The notes below the pieces were generated by a model. The model was not told where the DNA came from and searched no databases. It saw nothing but the letters and a program-made list of their open reading frames with translations. DNA of 64,000 bases from assembly GCA_963809875.1 (NCBI GenBank), contig CAWELC010000011.1, forward strand, positions 1,275 through 65,274. Reading direction: 5' to 3'. This stretch comes from an uncultured delta proteobacterium (GTDB lineage: Bacteria > Desulfobacterota > Zymogenia > Zymogenales > Zymogenaceae). Below, piece after piece: positions 1-10,763 of this stretch; within the stretch, counting starts at the first letter, position 1, and the number at the start of each line of letters is the position of its first letter. The position numbers and the translations under genes are program-made.

Positions 1-164
1 TCAATAAGATCATTGGCGCCGAAGGACCCCCAAAGAAGTAGCGGTCCCGGACAATCAGTGAGTGAGACCGGTCCGGCGACGGAGGGAACCGGGAGGGGTC
101 CGGGGAGGATACGTATCCCGGTCAAAGGCCGGGCGTGAAGGTCTCCACGAGAAAGGGGAAGGTT

Positions 165-632
165 ATGGCCGACAGGAAGATTATCGCATCGTATCTCGTG
201 CTCCTCTTCTTCCACGTCGCCCACGTTTTTGAGGAAACGTGGGGCCACTTCTGGATACTGGACAGGATGGGCGAGGGTCTCTATCTCATCGGCAACCTGA
301 TCCTTTTCTCCATACCGCTGGTTTTGTTCTATTTCATCCTGACGGGCAGGCGGTCGGGCTACATCCTCGGGATCGTCTACGCCGTCTTCATGGTGCTCAA
401 CGGTCTGGGGCACAACGCGGCCGTGATTGTGACCGGCTCCTACTTCGGGGGTTTTGCGGGATCGCTTTCCGGGATCGGCCTGATTATCGCCGGCGTACAG
501 ACGGCGCTCTACCTGAGAAAGGGACTTCCGGCGCGGAGTGCCGGTGCGCAGGGGGAGCTGAACGTGGCTGGACCACCGGGACTAAAGGCGCACGAAGGCC
601 GACGACCCCTTACACCCGCCGATCGGGCTTGA
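165..632 (+). CDS. HXXEE-domain membrane protein
   Basis: ATG at 165 after purine-rich RBS; about 4 hydrophobic segments; HVAHVFEE motif and later NGLGH. Confidence 0.7.
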   Translation: MADRKIIASYLVLLFFHVAHVFEETWGHFWILDRMGEGLYLIGNLILFSIPLVLFYFILTGRRSGYILGIVYAVFMVLNGLGHNAAVIVTGSYFGGFAGSLSGIGLIIAGVQTALYLRKGLPARSAGAQGELNVAGPPGLKAHEGRRPLTPADRA

Positions 633-641
633 GAGCTTTTC

Positions 642-1305
642 ATGAGTAACGATAGGGACACCGCAGACAGGGACCTTGCCGGGGAATTCGAGCAGTTCGG
701 GGAAACCGAGAGGAAGATCCTGGCGGCCGCCGTAGAGGTATTTGCCGAAAAGGGGTTCGACGGAGCGCGTACCGACGATATCGCTTCCCGGGCCGGCGTG
801 AACAAGGCCATGATCTACTACTACTTCAAGTCGAAGGAGAACCTCTATACCGTGATCGTTGAGACCGTCTTTGGGAAGGTCTCGCTGATACTGGCCGCGC
901 ATCTCTCGCGAGTCGACGTGGAGGCATCCGGAACAAGGGGTCTCTTCCTTCATCGACAGCTATATCGATTTTATCTACGGCCACCGCATCTTCGTAAAGG
1001 TCATGTTGTGGGATCTGGCTCGAGGGGGATCGACCATTGCGCGGGTGGCGGGCAGCGTCCTGCACGATAAAACAAAACAGCTCGAAACTGTTTTTGAAAA
1101 GGCCGCTCGAACGGGTTACCTCCGCCCTATCGACCCGAAACATCTGTTCGTGAGTATTATCGGGATGACCCTTTTTTTCTTCTTTGCCGAGCCGGTCGTT
1201 CGCGCTATCTGGGGCGAGGAGCCGATCACGCCGGAACATATTTCCAAGAGAAAAGAGGAGATAAGCCAGCTTATTATTCATGGAATATTGCCGAAACGGG
1301 GGTAG
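642..1305 (+). CDS. TetR-family transcriptional regulator (one apparent frameshift near 925)
   Basis: N-terminal HTH ILAAAVEVFAEKGFDGARTDDIASRAGVNKAMIYYYFKSKENLY; C-terminal half continues in ORF 1003-1305. Confidence 0.85.
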
Positions 1306-1308
1306 GGT

Positions 1309-2115
1309 ATGGCAGTTAAGAAGAAGATACTTATTCCGGTTATCGCCGTGGCCGTCATCGCTGCGGCGGCCGTCACAGCCGCTGTCTTCCTTCATAAGGA
1401 AGACAACGCAAATGTCATCACCGGTTCGGGGACCATCGAGGCGACCGAGGTCGACGTAAGCCCCCGCATCTCCGGGGATATCACGGCGATCAAATTCGAC
1501 GAGGGTGACGCCGTTAAGGCCGGCGACCTCATGATCGAGATCAGGGCGAAGGAATTGCTGGCCCAGCGGATAGGCGCCCAGGCGATATTTACTAACGCCG
1601 AGGCCAACCTGAGGCGCGTCAGGAGCCTCTATAACGCGGGCGGCGTATCGAGGATGGACTTCGATAATGCCGATACCGCCTACCGCAGCGCGAAGTCGCA
1701 GCTGGATTTCATCGACGCGACCCTGTCCAACTCCGAGATATACGCTCCCATGGATGCTGTCGTACTCACCAAGAATTCGGAGGTGGGCGAGGTGGCGTTT
1801 CCCGGATCGCCGATCCTGACCCTTGCCGATCTTTCACTGGTCTGGATCAAGATCTACGTGGAAGAGCCGGTCGTGGGGCTGATCAAAACAGGCGACAGTG
1901 CAACCGTAAATGTTGATACGTGGCCGGGCCGGGCCTTCCCGGGGAAGGTTGTATTCATCTCCGACGAGCCGGAGTTTACCCCCAAGACCGTGCAGACCAA
2001 AGAGGAGCGCACCAAGCTCGTCTTTGCCGTGAAGATAGACCTGGAAAACCCGGAGGGCCTGCTGAAACCCGGTATGCCCGCCGACGCCGAGATTACCGTC
2101 GGCGCGAAAAGGTAG
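1309..2115 (+). CDS. HlyD/membrane-fusion periplasmic adaptor (YbhG-like)
   Basis: N-terminal TM anchor, GTIEATEVDVSPRISG lipoyl half, EFTPKTVQTKEER and LKPGMPAD motifs. Confidence 0.9.
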   Translation: MAVKKKILIPVIAVAVIAAAAVTAAVFLHKEDNANVITGSGTIEATEVDVSPRISGDITAIKFDEGDAVKAGDLMIEIRAKELLAQRIGAQAIFTNAEANLRRVRSLYNAGGVSRMDFDNADTAYRSAKSQLDFIDATLSNSEIYAPMDAVVLTKNSEVGEVAFPGSPILTLADLSLVWIKIYVEEPVVGLIKTGDSATVNVDTWPGRAFPGKVVFISDEPEFTPKTVQTKEERTKLVFAVKIDLENPEGLLKPGMPADAEITVGAKR

Positions 2116-2119
2116 CGCA

Positions 2120-3043
2120 TTGAACGAATCGGCCATCCAGACAAAAGGCCTGATTAAACGATACGGGGATGTCTCGGCCGTGGACGGACTGGACCTGACG
2201 GTCGGCCGCGGGGAGGTCTTCGGGCTCATCGGGCCCGACGGCGCGGGAAAAACGACGACCATGCGGATGCTGGCGGGGATTCTCAAACCCGACGGCGGGC
2301 AGGCCCGGGTCCTCGGATCGGACGTTATCTCCGATCCCGAGCGGGTCAAGGAAAAGATCGGCTATATGTCCCAGCGCTTCGGGCTTTACGAGGACCTGAC
2401 CGTGTCGGAAAACATCGATTTCTACGCCGATCTCTACCTCGTGGACAAGAAGGAGCGGGAAGTTCGTTTTGAGCGTCTCATGGAGTTCTCGCGGCTCGCC
2501 CCCTTTCTCGGGAGGCTGGCCGGTAAACTCTCGGGCGGCATGAAGCAGAAGCTGGGGCTTGCATGCGCCCTCATCCATACGCCGGAACTGCTGCTGCTGG
2601 ACGAGCCGACCAACGGCGTCGATCCGGTCTCGCGACGCGAATTCTGGAAGATCATCTATGATCTGCTGGCCGAGGGGGTCACCATATTCGTCTCTACCCC
2701 CTACATGGACGAGGCCGATCGGTGCCACCGGGTGGGTATCATGGAAAAGGGAAAGCTCCTGACCTCTGATACCCCGCAAGGGATCAGGAAGCGCATGAAG
2801 ACAAGGATCATGGAAGTCAAGTGCGCAAACCCCAAGCAGGCCGTGGCCGTCCTGCGAAAGATGGAGGGGGTGGCCGAAGTCGTCTTTTTCGGCGACAAGA
2901 TCCATGTCTCGGTCAGGTCGGCCGAACCGGACGAATCGTCGATCAGGAGGCTCCTCGAGAAGGAAGACGCCGGCCCGCGTTCGGTGAGGGCGATCGCCCC
3001 GTCGCTCGAAGACGTATATTTTGAGTTGTCGGGGAAATCATGA
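2120..3043 (+). CDS. ABC transporter ATP-binding protein (YbhF N-half-like)
   Basis: Walker A GPDGAGKTT, LSGGMKQ signature, LLLLDEPT. Confidence 0.95.
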   Translation: MNESAIQTKGLIKRYGDVSAVDGLDLTVGRGEVFGLIGPDGAGKTTTMRMLAGILKPDGGQARVLGSDVISDPERVKEKIGYMSQRFGLYEDLTVSENIDFYADLYLVDKKEREVRFERLMEFSRLAPFLGRLAGKLSGGMKQKLGLACALIHTPELLLLDEPTNGVDPVSRREFWKIIYDLLAEGVTIFVSTPYMDEADRCHRVGIMEKGKLLTSDTPQGIRKRMKTRIMEVKCANPKQAVAVLRKMEGVAEVVFFGDKIHVSVRSAEPDESSIRRLLEKEDAGPRSVRAIAPSLEDVYFELSGKS

Positions 3044-4170
3044 AGATACGACGCATCCGGGCGGTCACCAGAAAGGAGTGGAAACAGATCGTCAGGGACA
3101 CGAGGAGCCTGATGCTTTCCCTCGGTATCCCGATGCTGCTCATCGTCCTCTTCTCGTGGGCCCTGAAACTGGACGTGAGCAATATCAAGACCCTCATTAT
3201 CGATCGGGACAAGACCCCCGCCAGCCGGGATTACGTACGGAGATTCGCGCACATCGAGTATTTCAACATCGTCGGCTACACCGACAAATACAGCGACGTG
3301 AACAGTGCGATAAACCTCGGCGATATAGAGGCGGCCATCGTCATCCCGAGGAAATTCGGCGCCGACCTCAAGGCAGGACGGGGGGCCGAGGTGCAGCTGA
3401 TCGCCGACGGGACCGACCCCCTGACGGCCCAGGTCCTGGTGGGGTACGTATCGGTGATCACGTCGGTCTTCTCTCAGGAGTATATTCTCGAGTCGGTATC
3501 GCGGGCGGGCTTCAAGGTCGGCAAGACGCCGCTGGACGCCCGCGTCCGGGTCTGGTTCAATCCCGAGCTGGAGAGCAAGGACTTCATCATCCCCGGGCTG
3601 ATTGCCGTCATCATGATGGTCATCGCCGGTCTCCTCACGTCATTGACTGTCGCCCGGGAGTGGGAGCGGGGGACGATGGAACAGCTCATCTCCACGCCCG
3701 TGAAAGTCTCCGAGCTTCTCATCGGCAAGCTCATCCCCTACGTGGAGCTGGGGCTCATTGATTTTGTGCTCGCGCTCCTCGTCGGGACCCTGATCTTCAG
3801 CGTCCCGCTCAAGGGGAGCCTTGTCCTCCTCTTCCTGCTCACTCTGATATTCCTCGTGGGCGCGATGTCCCTGGGCATCCTCATCTCGATCGTCGCCAAG
3901 AACCAGGTGCAGGCCAGCCAGATGGCGATCCTGGCCACGTTCCTCCCCTCGTTTATCCTCTCGGGCTTCGTTTTCCCGATCGGGAACATGCCGCTGATCC
4001 TCAAAGCGATCACCTACCTCGTCCCCGCGCGCTACTTCGTGACGATCCTCAAGGGAATATTCCTCAAAGGCGTGGGGCTGACGATCCTCTGGTGGGAAGG
4101 GCTTCTCCTTCTCGTTTTCACTCTGGTCATCTTTACGATAGCCCTGAGAAAGTTTAAAAAGGAGCTTTAG
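3040..4170 (+). CDS. ABC-2 permease (YbhS-like)
   Basis: RVWFNPEL, AREWERGTMEQLISTP, multiple TM helices; ATGA overlap with previous gene. Confidence 0.92.
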   Translation: MKIRRIRAVTRKEWKQIVRDTRSLMLSLGIPMLLIVLFSWALKLDVSNIKTLIIDRDKTPASRDYVRRFAHIEYFNIVGYTDKYSDVNSAINLGDIEAAIVIPRKFGADLKAGRGAEVQLIADGTDPLTAQVLVGYVSVITSVFSQEYILESVSRAGFKVGKTPLDARVRVWFNPELESKDFIIPGLIAVIMMVIAGLLTSLTVAREWERGTMEQLISTPVKVSELLIGKLIPYVELGLIDFVLALLVGTLIFSVPLKGSLVLLFLLTLIFLVGAMSLGILISIVAKNQVQASQMAILATFLPSFILSGFVFPIGNMPLILKAITYLVPARYFVTILKGIFLKGVGLTILWWEGLLLLVFTLVIFTIALRKFKKEL

Positions 4171-4178
4171 GCGATCCT

Positions 4179-5327
4179 ATGTGGGAGCGTATCGTCCATA
4201 TCTTCAAAAAAGAGATGATACAGATCTTCCGCGATAAGCGGATGCGGCTGTTGATTTTTCTCCCTCCCGTGGTGCAGCTGGTCGTCTTCGGATACGCCGC
4301 CACCACCGACGTAAGACACATCTCGCTGGCGCTCCTGGACCAGGACCGGACGACGGTCAGTCGCGGATTTGTCGAGAAGTTCGAGGCCGGCGGATACTTC
4401 TCGGTCACGCGGTATCTCTCGTCTCCCGGGCAGGCCGACAGCCTCATGGATAACGGGACCGTCGACGCCTTTATCTATATAAAGAAGGGCTTTGAGAAAG
4501 CCATCAAGAAGGGGGACAGCGCCGAGGTATTCATCGTCGTGGATGGGACGAACTCCAACGTGGCCTCGGTTACCCTGGGATATGTCAACCTCATCGTGAA
4601 CGGATACTCCCAGGACATCCTGCTGGATAAGATCAGGCAGATCAGGGGGCTCAGAACGGATTCGATCGTCCCTCTCAGGGTCGGCCCGGCCAATCTTGTT
4701 CAGCGAACCTGGTTTAACGAAGATCTCGAAAGCCGCAACTACTTCGTCCCCGGTATCATCGCGCTTCTATTGACGCTTATCGCGGTCATGATGACCTCCA
4801 TGGCCATCGTCAAGGAGCGAGAGGTCGGGACAATGGAACAGCTCATCGTAACCCCCATCCGGCCCATCGAGCTCATCACCGGCAAGCTCCTCCCGTTTAC
4901 CCTTATCGGGTATGTCGACGTGGCCCTCATCACGGCAATCGGGACCCTCTGGTTCGGGGTCCCCCTCAAGGGCAGTATCCTGCTCCTCTTCTTCTCAACG
5001 GGTTTCTTTCTCCTGCCGGCGCTCGGGGTCGGGCTTTTCATCTCGACGATATCGGCGACCCAGCAGGAGGCGATGATGAGCACGTTCCTCTTCTTCTTCC
5101 CGGCGATGCTCATGAGCGGGTTTGTTTTCCCGGTCGACTCGATGCCCCCGGCCATGCAGATCATCACCTACGTGGATCCCATGAGGTATATGATCCACAT
5201 CCTGCGAGGGATCTTCCTCAAGGGAGTGGGCGTGCGCTATCTCTGGGTCGATTTCCTGGCGCTCCTCGTGCTGGGAGTTGTGGTAATCGGTTTTGCCGCA
5301 GCGCGGTTCCGAAAAAGGCTCAAATGA
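4179..5327 (+). CDS. ABC-2 permease (YbhR-like)
   Basis: KEREVGTMEQLIVTP, multiple TM helices. Confidence 0.92.
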   Translation: MWERIVHIFKKEMIQIFRDKRMRLLIFLPPVVQLVVFGYAATTDVRHISLALLDQDRTTVSRGFVEKFEAGGYFSVTRYLSSPGQADSLMDNGTVDAFIYIKKGFEKAIKKGDSAEVFIVVDGTNSNVASVTLGYVNLIVNGYSQDILLDKIRQIRGLRTDSIVPLRVGPANLVQRTWFNEDLESRNYFVPGIIALLLTLIAVMMTSMAIVKEREVGTMEQLIVTPIRPIELITGKLLPFTLIGYVDVALITAIGTLWFGVPLKGSILLLFFSTGFFLLPALGVGLFISTISATQQEAMMSTFLFFFPAMLMSGFVFPVDSMPPAMQIITYVDPMRYMIHILRGIFLKGVGVRYLWVDFLALLVLGVVVIGFAAARFRKRLK

Positions 5328-5453
5328 CGCAACAACGCGTGCCGCACGGCGGCAACGCGATCAAGGGGAAACGGCGGTAAGGCGCCGGACACTCCCTTTG
5401 TGCTGCGTCACTTCCGGCATACGTAACAAATGCGCGCGAGCGAGGCGGTCCTG

Positions 5454-6422
5454 ATGGACTATGCGGTTGTTGTAAAGGATCTCACGCGGGTCTTCGGCGA
5501 TTTCGTGGCCGTGGATCATGTGAGCTTTTCCGTTTCACCGGGCGAGATATTCGGGTTCCTCGGGCCCAACGGGGCCGGGAAGTCGACCACCATTCGGATG
5601 CTCAACGGCATCCTCATGCCCACATCGGGACAGGCCGAAGTTCTCGGGTTCGATATCTATACCGAGGTCGATCGGATCAAGGAGAATATCGGGTATATGT
5701 CCCAGAAATTCTCCCTCTACGACGACCTCAAGGTAATCGAAAATATCGAGTTTTACGGGGGCATTTACAGGGTCCCCAAAGAAAAAAGGCACGACAGATA
5801 CGAGTGGGCCCTGCGGATGGCGGGGCTCGCCGATAAGCGGGAGATGATCACCGGGGCTCTGCCGGTGGGATGGAAGCAGCGACTCGCGCTGGGGTGCGCC
5901 CTGTTGCACGAGCCGAGACTCCTCTTCCTGGACGAGCCGACCAGCGGCGTGGATCCTAAATCGCGGCGTGATTTCTGGGACCTGATCGGGGAGATCGCCG
6001 ATCGCGGAACGACGGTATTCGTGACGACCCACTATATGGATGAAGCCGAGCATTGCGACCGTCTCGGCCTGATCTACCGGGCAAAGCTCATCACCATCGG
6101 GACGCCCGAGGAGCTCAAGTTCGGCTCCATGCCCGGCAGCGTGCTGGAGGTGGCGGTGTCGGACGTTGTCGCTGCGTCGAAGGTGGCAGAAGGCGTGAAA
6201 GGGGTGCTGGAGGCGGCGATCTTCGGCACGAACCTGCACGTTGTCGTACGGGACGTGGGCAAAGGGAGGCAAGAGTTGTCGCGCGCCCTTGCTCAGCGGG
6301 GCATTAACGTCCTATCGATGGAGCAGATCGAGCCGTCGCTCGAGGACGTCTTCGTCTCCCTGATCCGCAGCCACGACCTTGCCGAGGAGAACGGCGCCGC
6401 GGGTTTGCCGACGGGCGGGTAA
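5454..6422 (+). CDS. ABC transporter ATP-binding protein (YbhF C-half-like)
   Basis: GPNGAGKST, degenerate signature LPVGWKQRL, FLDEPTSG, TTHYMDEAE; ATG at 5454 after GAGG. Confidence 0.93.
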   Translation: MDYAVVVKDLTRVFGDFVAVDHVSFSVSPGEIFGFLGPNGAGKSTTIRMLNGILMPTSGQAEVLGFDIYTEVDRIKENIGYMSQKFSLYDDLKVIENIEFYGGIYRVPKEKRHDRYEWALRMAGLADKREMITGALPVGWKQRLALGCALLHEPRLLFLDEPTSGVDPKSRRDFWDLIGEIADRGTTVFVTTHYMDEAEHCDRLGLIYRAKLITIGTPEELKFGSMPGSVLEVAVSDVVAASKVAEGVKGVLEAAIFGTNLHVVVRDVGKGRQELSRALAQRGINVLSMEQIEPSLEDVFVSLIRSHDLAEENGAAGLPTGG

Positions 6423-6450
6423 AGAGCCTCCCCTTCTGACACGGGCTCGA

Positions 6451-6870
6451 TCAGCGGCGCGATGGGCTGCCCGGAGACGCGCAGAAAACGTCGGCCCGCT
6501 CCTTGGCCTCCCGCTCGATGGGGTTTCCCGCGTACCCCCGGGTCAGGTGGTAGAACAGGTAGGCGATGGAGATCCGCATCGGGCCCATCCGGCGCCACTG
6601 GATCACGTGGAAAAGCTCCTCGGCCATAACATGGGGGTCGGTGAGGAGCGATTCCGACCCCCGGCGGATATTAATGCTATTTCCGAAGACAACGGCCGAA
6701 TAGGGGAAGGGAACGATATAGGGGAGGATGCCGCCCCGCCGGAATCGGACAGCGGAAAAATCCCGGCCGAAGAAGGAGCCGACGGAACGAACGATTGCTT
6801 CATCGGCAAGAGACGTGATATCCTCGCCCCAGAGTCGATCTCGCAGCCGGTCAAACGGACGTTTCGGCAC
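6451..6870 (-). CDS. DUF4157 (eCIS core)-like small protein
   Basis: FGRDFSAVR, AVVFGNSI, MAEELFHVIQW, NPIEREA resemble the DUF4157 pattern. Confidence 0.7.
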   Translation of the reverse strand: MPKRPFDRLRDRLWGEDITSLADEAIVRSVGSFFGRDFSAVRFRRGGILPYIVPFPYSAVVFGNSINIRRGSESLLTDPHVMAEELFHVIQWRRMGPMRISIAYLFYHLTRGYAGNPIEREAKERADVFCASPGSPSRR

Positions 6871-7448
6871 TATTCTTGCCTGCCCTCGATGATGGCCAGC
6901 AGCATCGCCGCGGCCGCCCCAAGACGGCGGTCAAGCCTGCGGCCCATGTCCATCCTGAAATCGATATCCATCTGATAGACAAACGGATTGAATCTCTGCC
7001 GGTAGTCCGCAACCCGGATATCGCCGACGGTCATGTCGTAATCCTGAGGAAGCAGGCTGCCCAGCAGGAAGCGCCGGAGAAGGGCCAGGCCGATCGTGTC
7101 TTCAAAGAGGATCCCGATGGGCCGGTCGTTTTCGTCAAACACGTCCCACTCGTCACGAAGCATCGATTTCAGGCCCTTGCGGCGCAGGGCGCCGACCTTA
7201 CTGCCGTCGGCGGCGTCAACGACGTCGTAGGCGGCGGAAAAATCGATGATCGTGCGCGCCTTGATGAGGAGGACTTCCCGGGTCTTTGCCTCGTCGCTGT
7301 AGACGCGGATGTCCTCTTTCAGGCGCAGAAGCTTTTGCTCGACAAAGAGCACCAGATCACCCCGGGGGCCGTAGAGGCGGAGTTTCCCGGTCAGCGCAAA
7401 GAACTGCCGCTTGAGCAGATAGGAGTCGTACTGAAAGGCGTTATCCAT
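6870..7448 (-). CDS. LURP-one/scramblase (Tubby C-like) family protein
   Basis: FVEQKLLRLKEDIRVYSDE, IKARTIIDFSAAYDVVD, LDRRLGAAAAMLL pattern. Confidence 0.7.
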   Translation of the reverse strand: MDNAFQYDSYLLKRQFFALTGKLRLYGPRGDLVLFVEQKLLRLKEDIRVYSDEAKTREVLLIKARTIIDFSAAYDVVDAADGSKVGALRRKGLKSMLRDEWDVFDENDRPIGILFEDTIGLALLRRFLLGSLLPQDYDMTVGDIRVADYRQRFNPFVYQMDIDFRMDMGRRLDRRLGAAAAMLLAIIEGRQE

Positions 7449-7505
7449 GGAGTGTCTCCTGTTGCATTGGCTTGTTTCGAGTTCTTACGTGCGGTCGGAG
7501 CGCCG

Positions 7506-8731
7506 TCATCCGACCCTGACCGGCTCCTCGGGGGCATCGGTCAGCAGCTCGGGCCCCGCGATGCCGAGGTAGAAGGTGTTCTCCACGCCAACCGCGCCGA
7601 TGTCCGCGAAGACGAATTTCGGCTCGAGCGCGAAGACGTTTCCCTCGACGAGCGGTTCCGTGGAGCCCCTCGCGATGACCGGGGACTCGTCCACTTCCAG
7701 TCCGATCCCGTGGCCGATATAGGAAAGCCTGCCCTCACCGATTCCCATGAGGTGATCGAGGAGGCCGTGCTCCTGGGCGACGCGCTCGGCGGCGGCAAAG
7801 AGCTCTCCCGCCGGCACGCCCGGCCGTGCCAGATCCACCGCCGCCTGCTGAGTCTCGAGCGAGGCCTCGTAGGCCCGCGTGCCTTGGCGGGAAGCTCCTT
7901 CCGGTAGAAGAGGCGGGCCCCGTCGGCCAGATACCCCCCCCACGCCCCCACCATGTCGATGAGGACCGGCTCGTTGTCGCCGATGATCTTCGGGGACGCC
8001 CCCTGGGGGAAGGCCGGGGAAAGACCCATGACCCGATACCGGACCGTCCAGCGATGAGCCGACGGCGCCGGACGGGCCGGATACCACCACTCCGTAGAAG
8101 AGCTCCTGGCAGAAGGCCCTCAGGCGGATGATGCCCCTGGTGGCCGAGGCCCCGGAGGTGGGCCTCGGCGGCTATCGCGATATCGATCTCCCGGGCGTTC
8201 GGGGAAGAAGAAGGAGGGCACCGCGCCAAAAAGCGAGACAAGCTGGCGAGCCGCGCGGCGAGATCAACTTGTCTCTCGAGGGGCGATTTGACCGCCCGGA
8301 GTCTTCCTGATGAGCCCGGAGGCGTCACGAAAGCGTCGTGCCGGGAAAGAGCTCCGACAGAAAGAGATAGTTCTTGACCGGCAGCACGTCCATCTCGAGG
8401 CCGATAGACGCCAGGTCTGCCAACCCCTCGCGGGCGAGCGCATCCGGGGAGGTCGCGCAGTCTTGGGAGCGGCCGGATGACGCGGGAACTTTGACTCGGC
8501 GGCGGCCCGCCGCACGTCCTTGATGACGAACAGGACGCCCGCGCGGCCCCTTCGGCGTCCGCGGGGATAAACAGGACGCCCCTCTGGGCCGTGCCGGTAA
8601 AGTAGTAGATGTCGACGTGTTGAAAGATCAGGAGACCCGAAAGCCCGGCCGCGTGAGGCGGCCTCCGACGCCCTGCGGACGCGGTCCGTGATCTCGCCGG
8701 ACGGGAAACCGCCGAAACGCTCCAGCCTCAC
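7506..8731 (-). CDS. M24 (Xaa-Pro) peptidase family protein (several apparent frameshifts)
   Basis: GTG at 8731 after GGAGG; C-terminal GHGIGLEVDESP, FALEPKF, VGVENT and DMVG..GGYLAD metal-binding motifs spread over frames. Confidence 0.8.
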
Positions 8732-9473
8732 GGTTCCTCCTTCATGCCGAGCGCCGCAAAAGAGGAGCTCGCACTCCCGGGCGGTAAGCTTTCTTAATTC
8801 GCCCGGGGCCAGCCCCTCCAGCGAGAGCGGCCCGATGGCGATCCTCCTGATCTTGAGTGACCCGCTTGCCGAACAAGCCGAACATCTTCTTGATCTGGCG
8901 GTTCCTCCCCTCGGAAAGCGTGACCTCGTACCAGGCGTTACTCGGCCTGACCTCGAGGGGGTTGATCTTGTGCCGGGAGGGTCTTTTTGCCCTCGATGGT
9001 TATGCCGCCGGCAAACCGCGCCAGCTCGCGCTCGGAGAGGGCGCCGGCGACCTTGACCTGATAGGTCTTGGGGACCTTTGAGCCGCGGGTGCATCGCGAG
9101 GTTGGCGATCCGGCCGTCGTTGGTCAGTAGCATCAGGCCGTCGGCGTCGTAGTCGAGGCGGCCCGCCGGGAACACCCTGATCGAAAGCCCCGTGATAAAG
9201 TCGGAGATCGACGGACCTGCCCTGGGGGTCTTCCATGGTGGAGACGACGCCCTTCGGCTTGAAGAAGAGGTAGTAGTGTTTCTTCTTCGGGCCGCCGACC
9301 GGCTCACCGTCCACCGTGATCCGGTCTGGTGCGCGGGTCGACCATGGTGCCGAGCTGCGGTTACGGCCAGCCCGTTGACCATCACCCGGCCCTGCCGTAT
9401 GAGCTCGTCTGCCTCCCGAACGGAGAGCCAGCCCGTCCTGGGATATAACGCGGTTAAGTCTGATCTTTGTCAT
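8728..9473 (-). CDS. rluB: rRNA pseudouridine synthase RluB-like (apparent frameshifts; 3' end approximate)
   Basis: S4-like N-terminus, FFKPKGVVSTMEDPQGR, GRLDYDADGLMLLTNDG; follows scpB. Confidence 0.8.
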
Positions 9474-10051
9474 CGGTTGAGAAAGAGGGTCTTCTGCTCC
9501 TCTATGTCTCCCTCCGTGAAAAGGGCCCCCATCTCCCGTATCGTCGGGAGAGACTTGAGGTCCTTGAGGCCGAAGGTTTCGAGGAAATCCTTGGTGGTGC
9601 CGTAGAGGAGGGGCTTGCCGGGGACGTCTTTCTTCCCCAGTATGCGGATGAGGCTTCTCTCCAGCAGGATTTTGACGACGCCCCCCGAGTCGACCCCCCT
9701 GATCCGCTCGATATCGGAGCGGACGATGGGCTGGCGATAGGCGATGATCGCCAGGGTCTCGAGGGCGGCCCGGGAAAGCCTCTTGGGCTTTTCCTCGAGC
9801 ATCAACTTGATATATTCAGAGAAATCCGGGCGGGTACGAAACTGATATCCCCCGGCTACCTCGGCGATGAAGATACCGCCACTCCCTTCCTCGTAGATCT
9901 TCTTGAGATCGGCAATGGCCTCTCTGATCTCCCGGGGCGCGATGTCCGGTACGATCCGCCTGATCTCGTCTTCGGTGATGGGCTTTTCCGACGCGAAGAT
10001 CAGCGCCTCTATGATCCCGATGAGTTTCTCCTTTTCCACGGCGTCAGACAT
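9470..10051 (-). CDS. scpB: SMC-Scp complex subunit ScpB
   Basis: IEALIFAS, VAGGYQFRT, LSRAALETLAIIAYRQP, LYGTTKDFLETFGL. Confidence 0.95.
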   Translation of the reverse strand: MSDAVEKEKLIGIIEALIFASEKPITEDEIRRIVPDIAPREIREAIADLKKIYEEGSGGIFIAEVAGGYQFRTRPDFSEYIKLMLEEKPKRLSRAALETLAIIAYRQPIVRSDIERIRGVDSGGVVKILLERSLIRILGKKDVPGKPLLYGTTKDFLETFGLKDLKSLPTIREMGALFTEGDIEEQKTLFLNR

Positions 10052-10759
10052 CCTCATTGACCGCCCTGAAGAGGCGGATTGTCCCAAAGGGCTGCGCCTG
10101 GTAGATACGCACGACCCGGCTCTTTATCAGCTCCAGCAGCGCCAGGAACGTAATGACGATGGTCATTCGTGAGGGTTCACCCACGAAGAGCTCCTCAAAG
10201 ACCATCTCGCCCCGCTCATATATCAACCGGGAGAGCTCGACCATTTTTTCCTGGATCGTCAGCTCCTCGAGGCTTACTGGTGAATCGTGTCTTTCGGGGC
10301 GGCCAGCAGTACCTTCTGAAGGGCCGCCACAAGCTCGAAGAGGGTAAGGTCGGTGAGCTTCTCGTCTTCGACCTCCAGCACCATTTTGCCGCCCCGGAGG
10401 AATACGTCCCTGAGCAGGATGTCGAAGTCATCAAGCTGCCGGGCCGCTTCTTTGAACCGCTCATACTCGGCGAGCTTCAGGGCAAGCTCCATCCGGGGGT
10501 CCATCTCTTCTTCTTCCTGGTCCTCCGTTCGGTCCGGCGGCAGCAGCATCTTGGACTTGATGTGGGCCAGGGTCGCGGCCATTACGAGATATTCCCCCGC
10601 GACGTCGAGGTTGAGGACCTTCATGATCTCGATATGTTCCATGTATTGACGAGTAATCTCGGCGATCGGGATGTCGAAAATGTCATACTCGTTTTTCTTG
10701 ACCAGGTAGAGGAGCAGATCGAGCGGCCCCTCAAATATCGGGAGCTTCACCCGATACAT
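10044..10759 (-). CDS. scpA: Segregation/condensation protein ScpA (one apparent frameshift near 10275)
   Basis: FEGPLDLLLYLV, EYLVMAATLAHIKSKMLLP; C-terminal TFLALLELIK in ORF 10044-10244. Confidence 0.92.
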
Positions 10760-10763
10760 GCCC

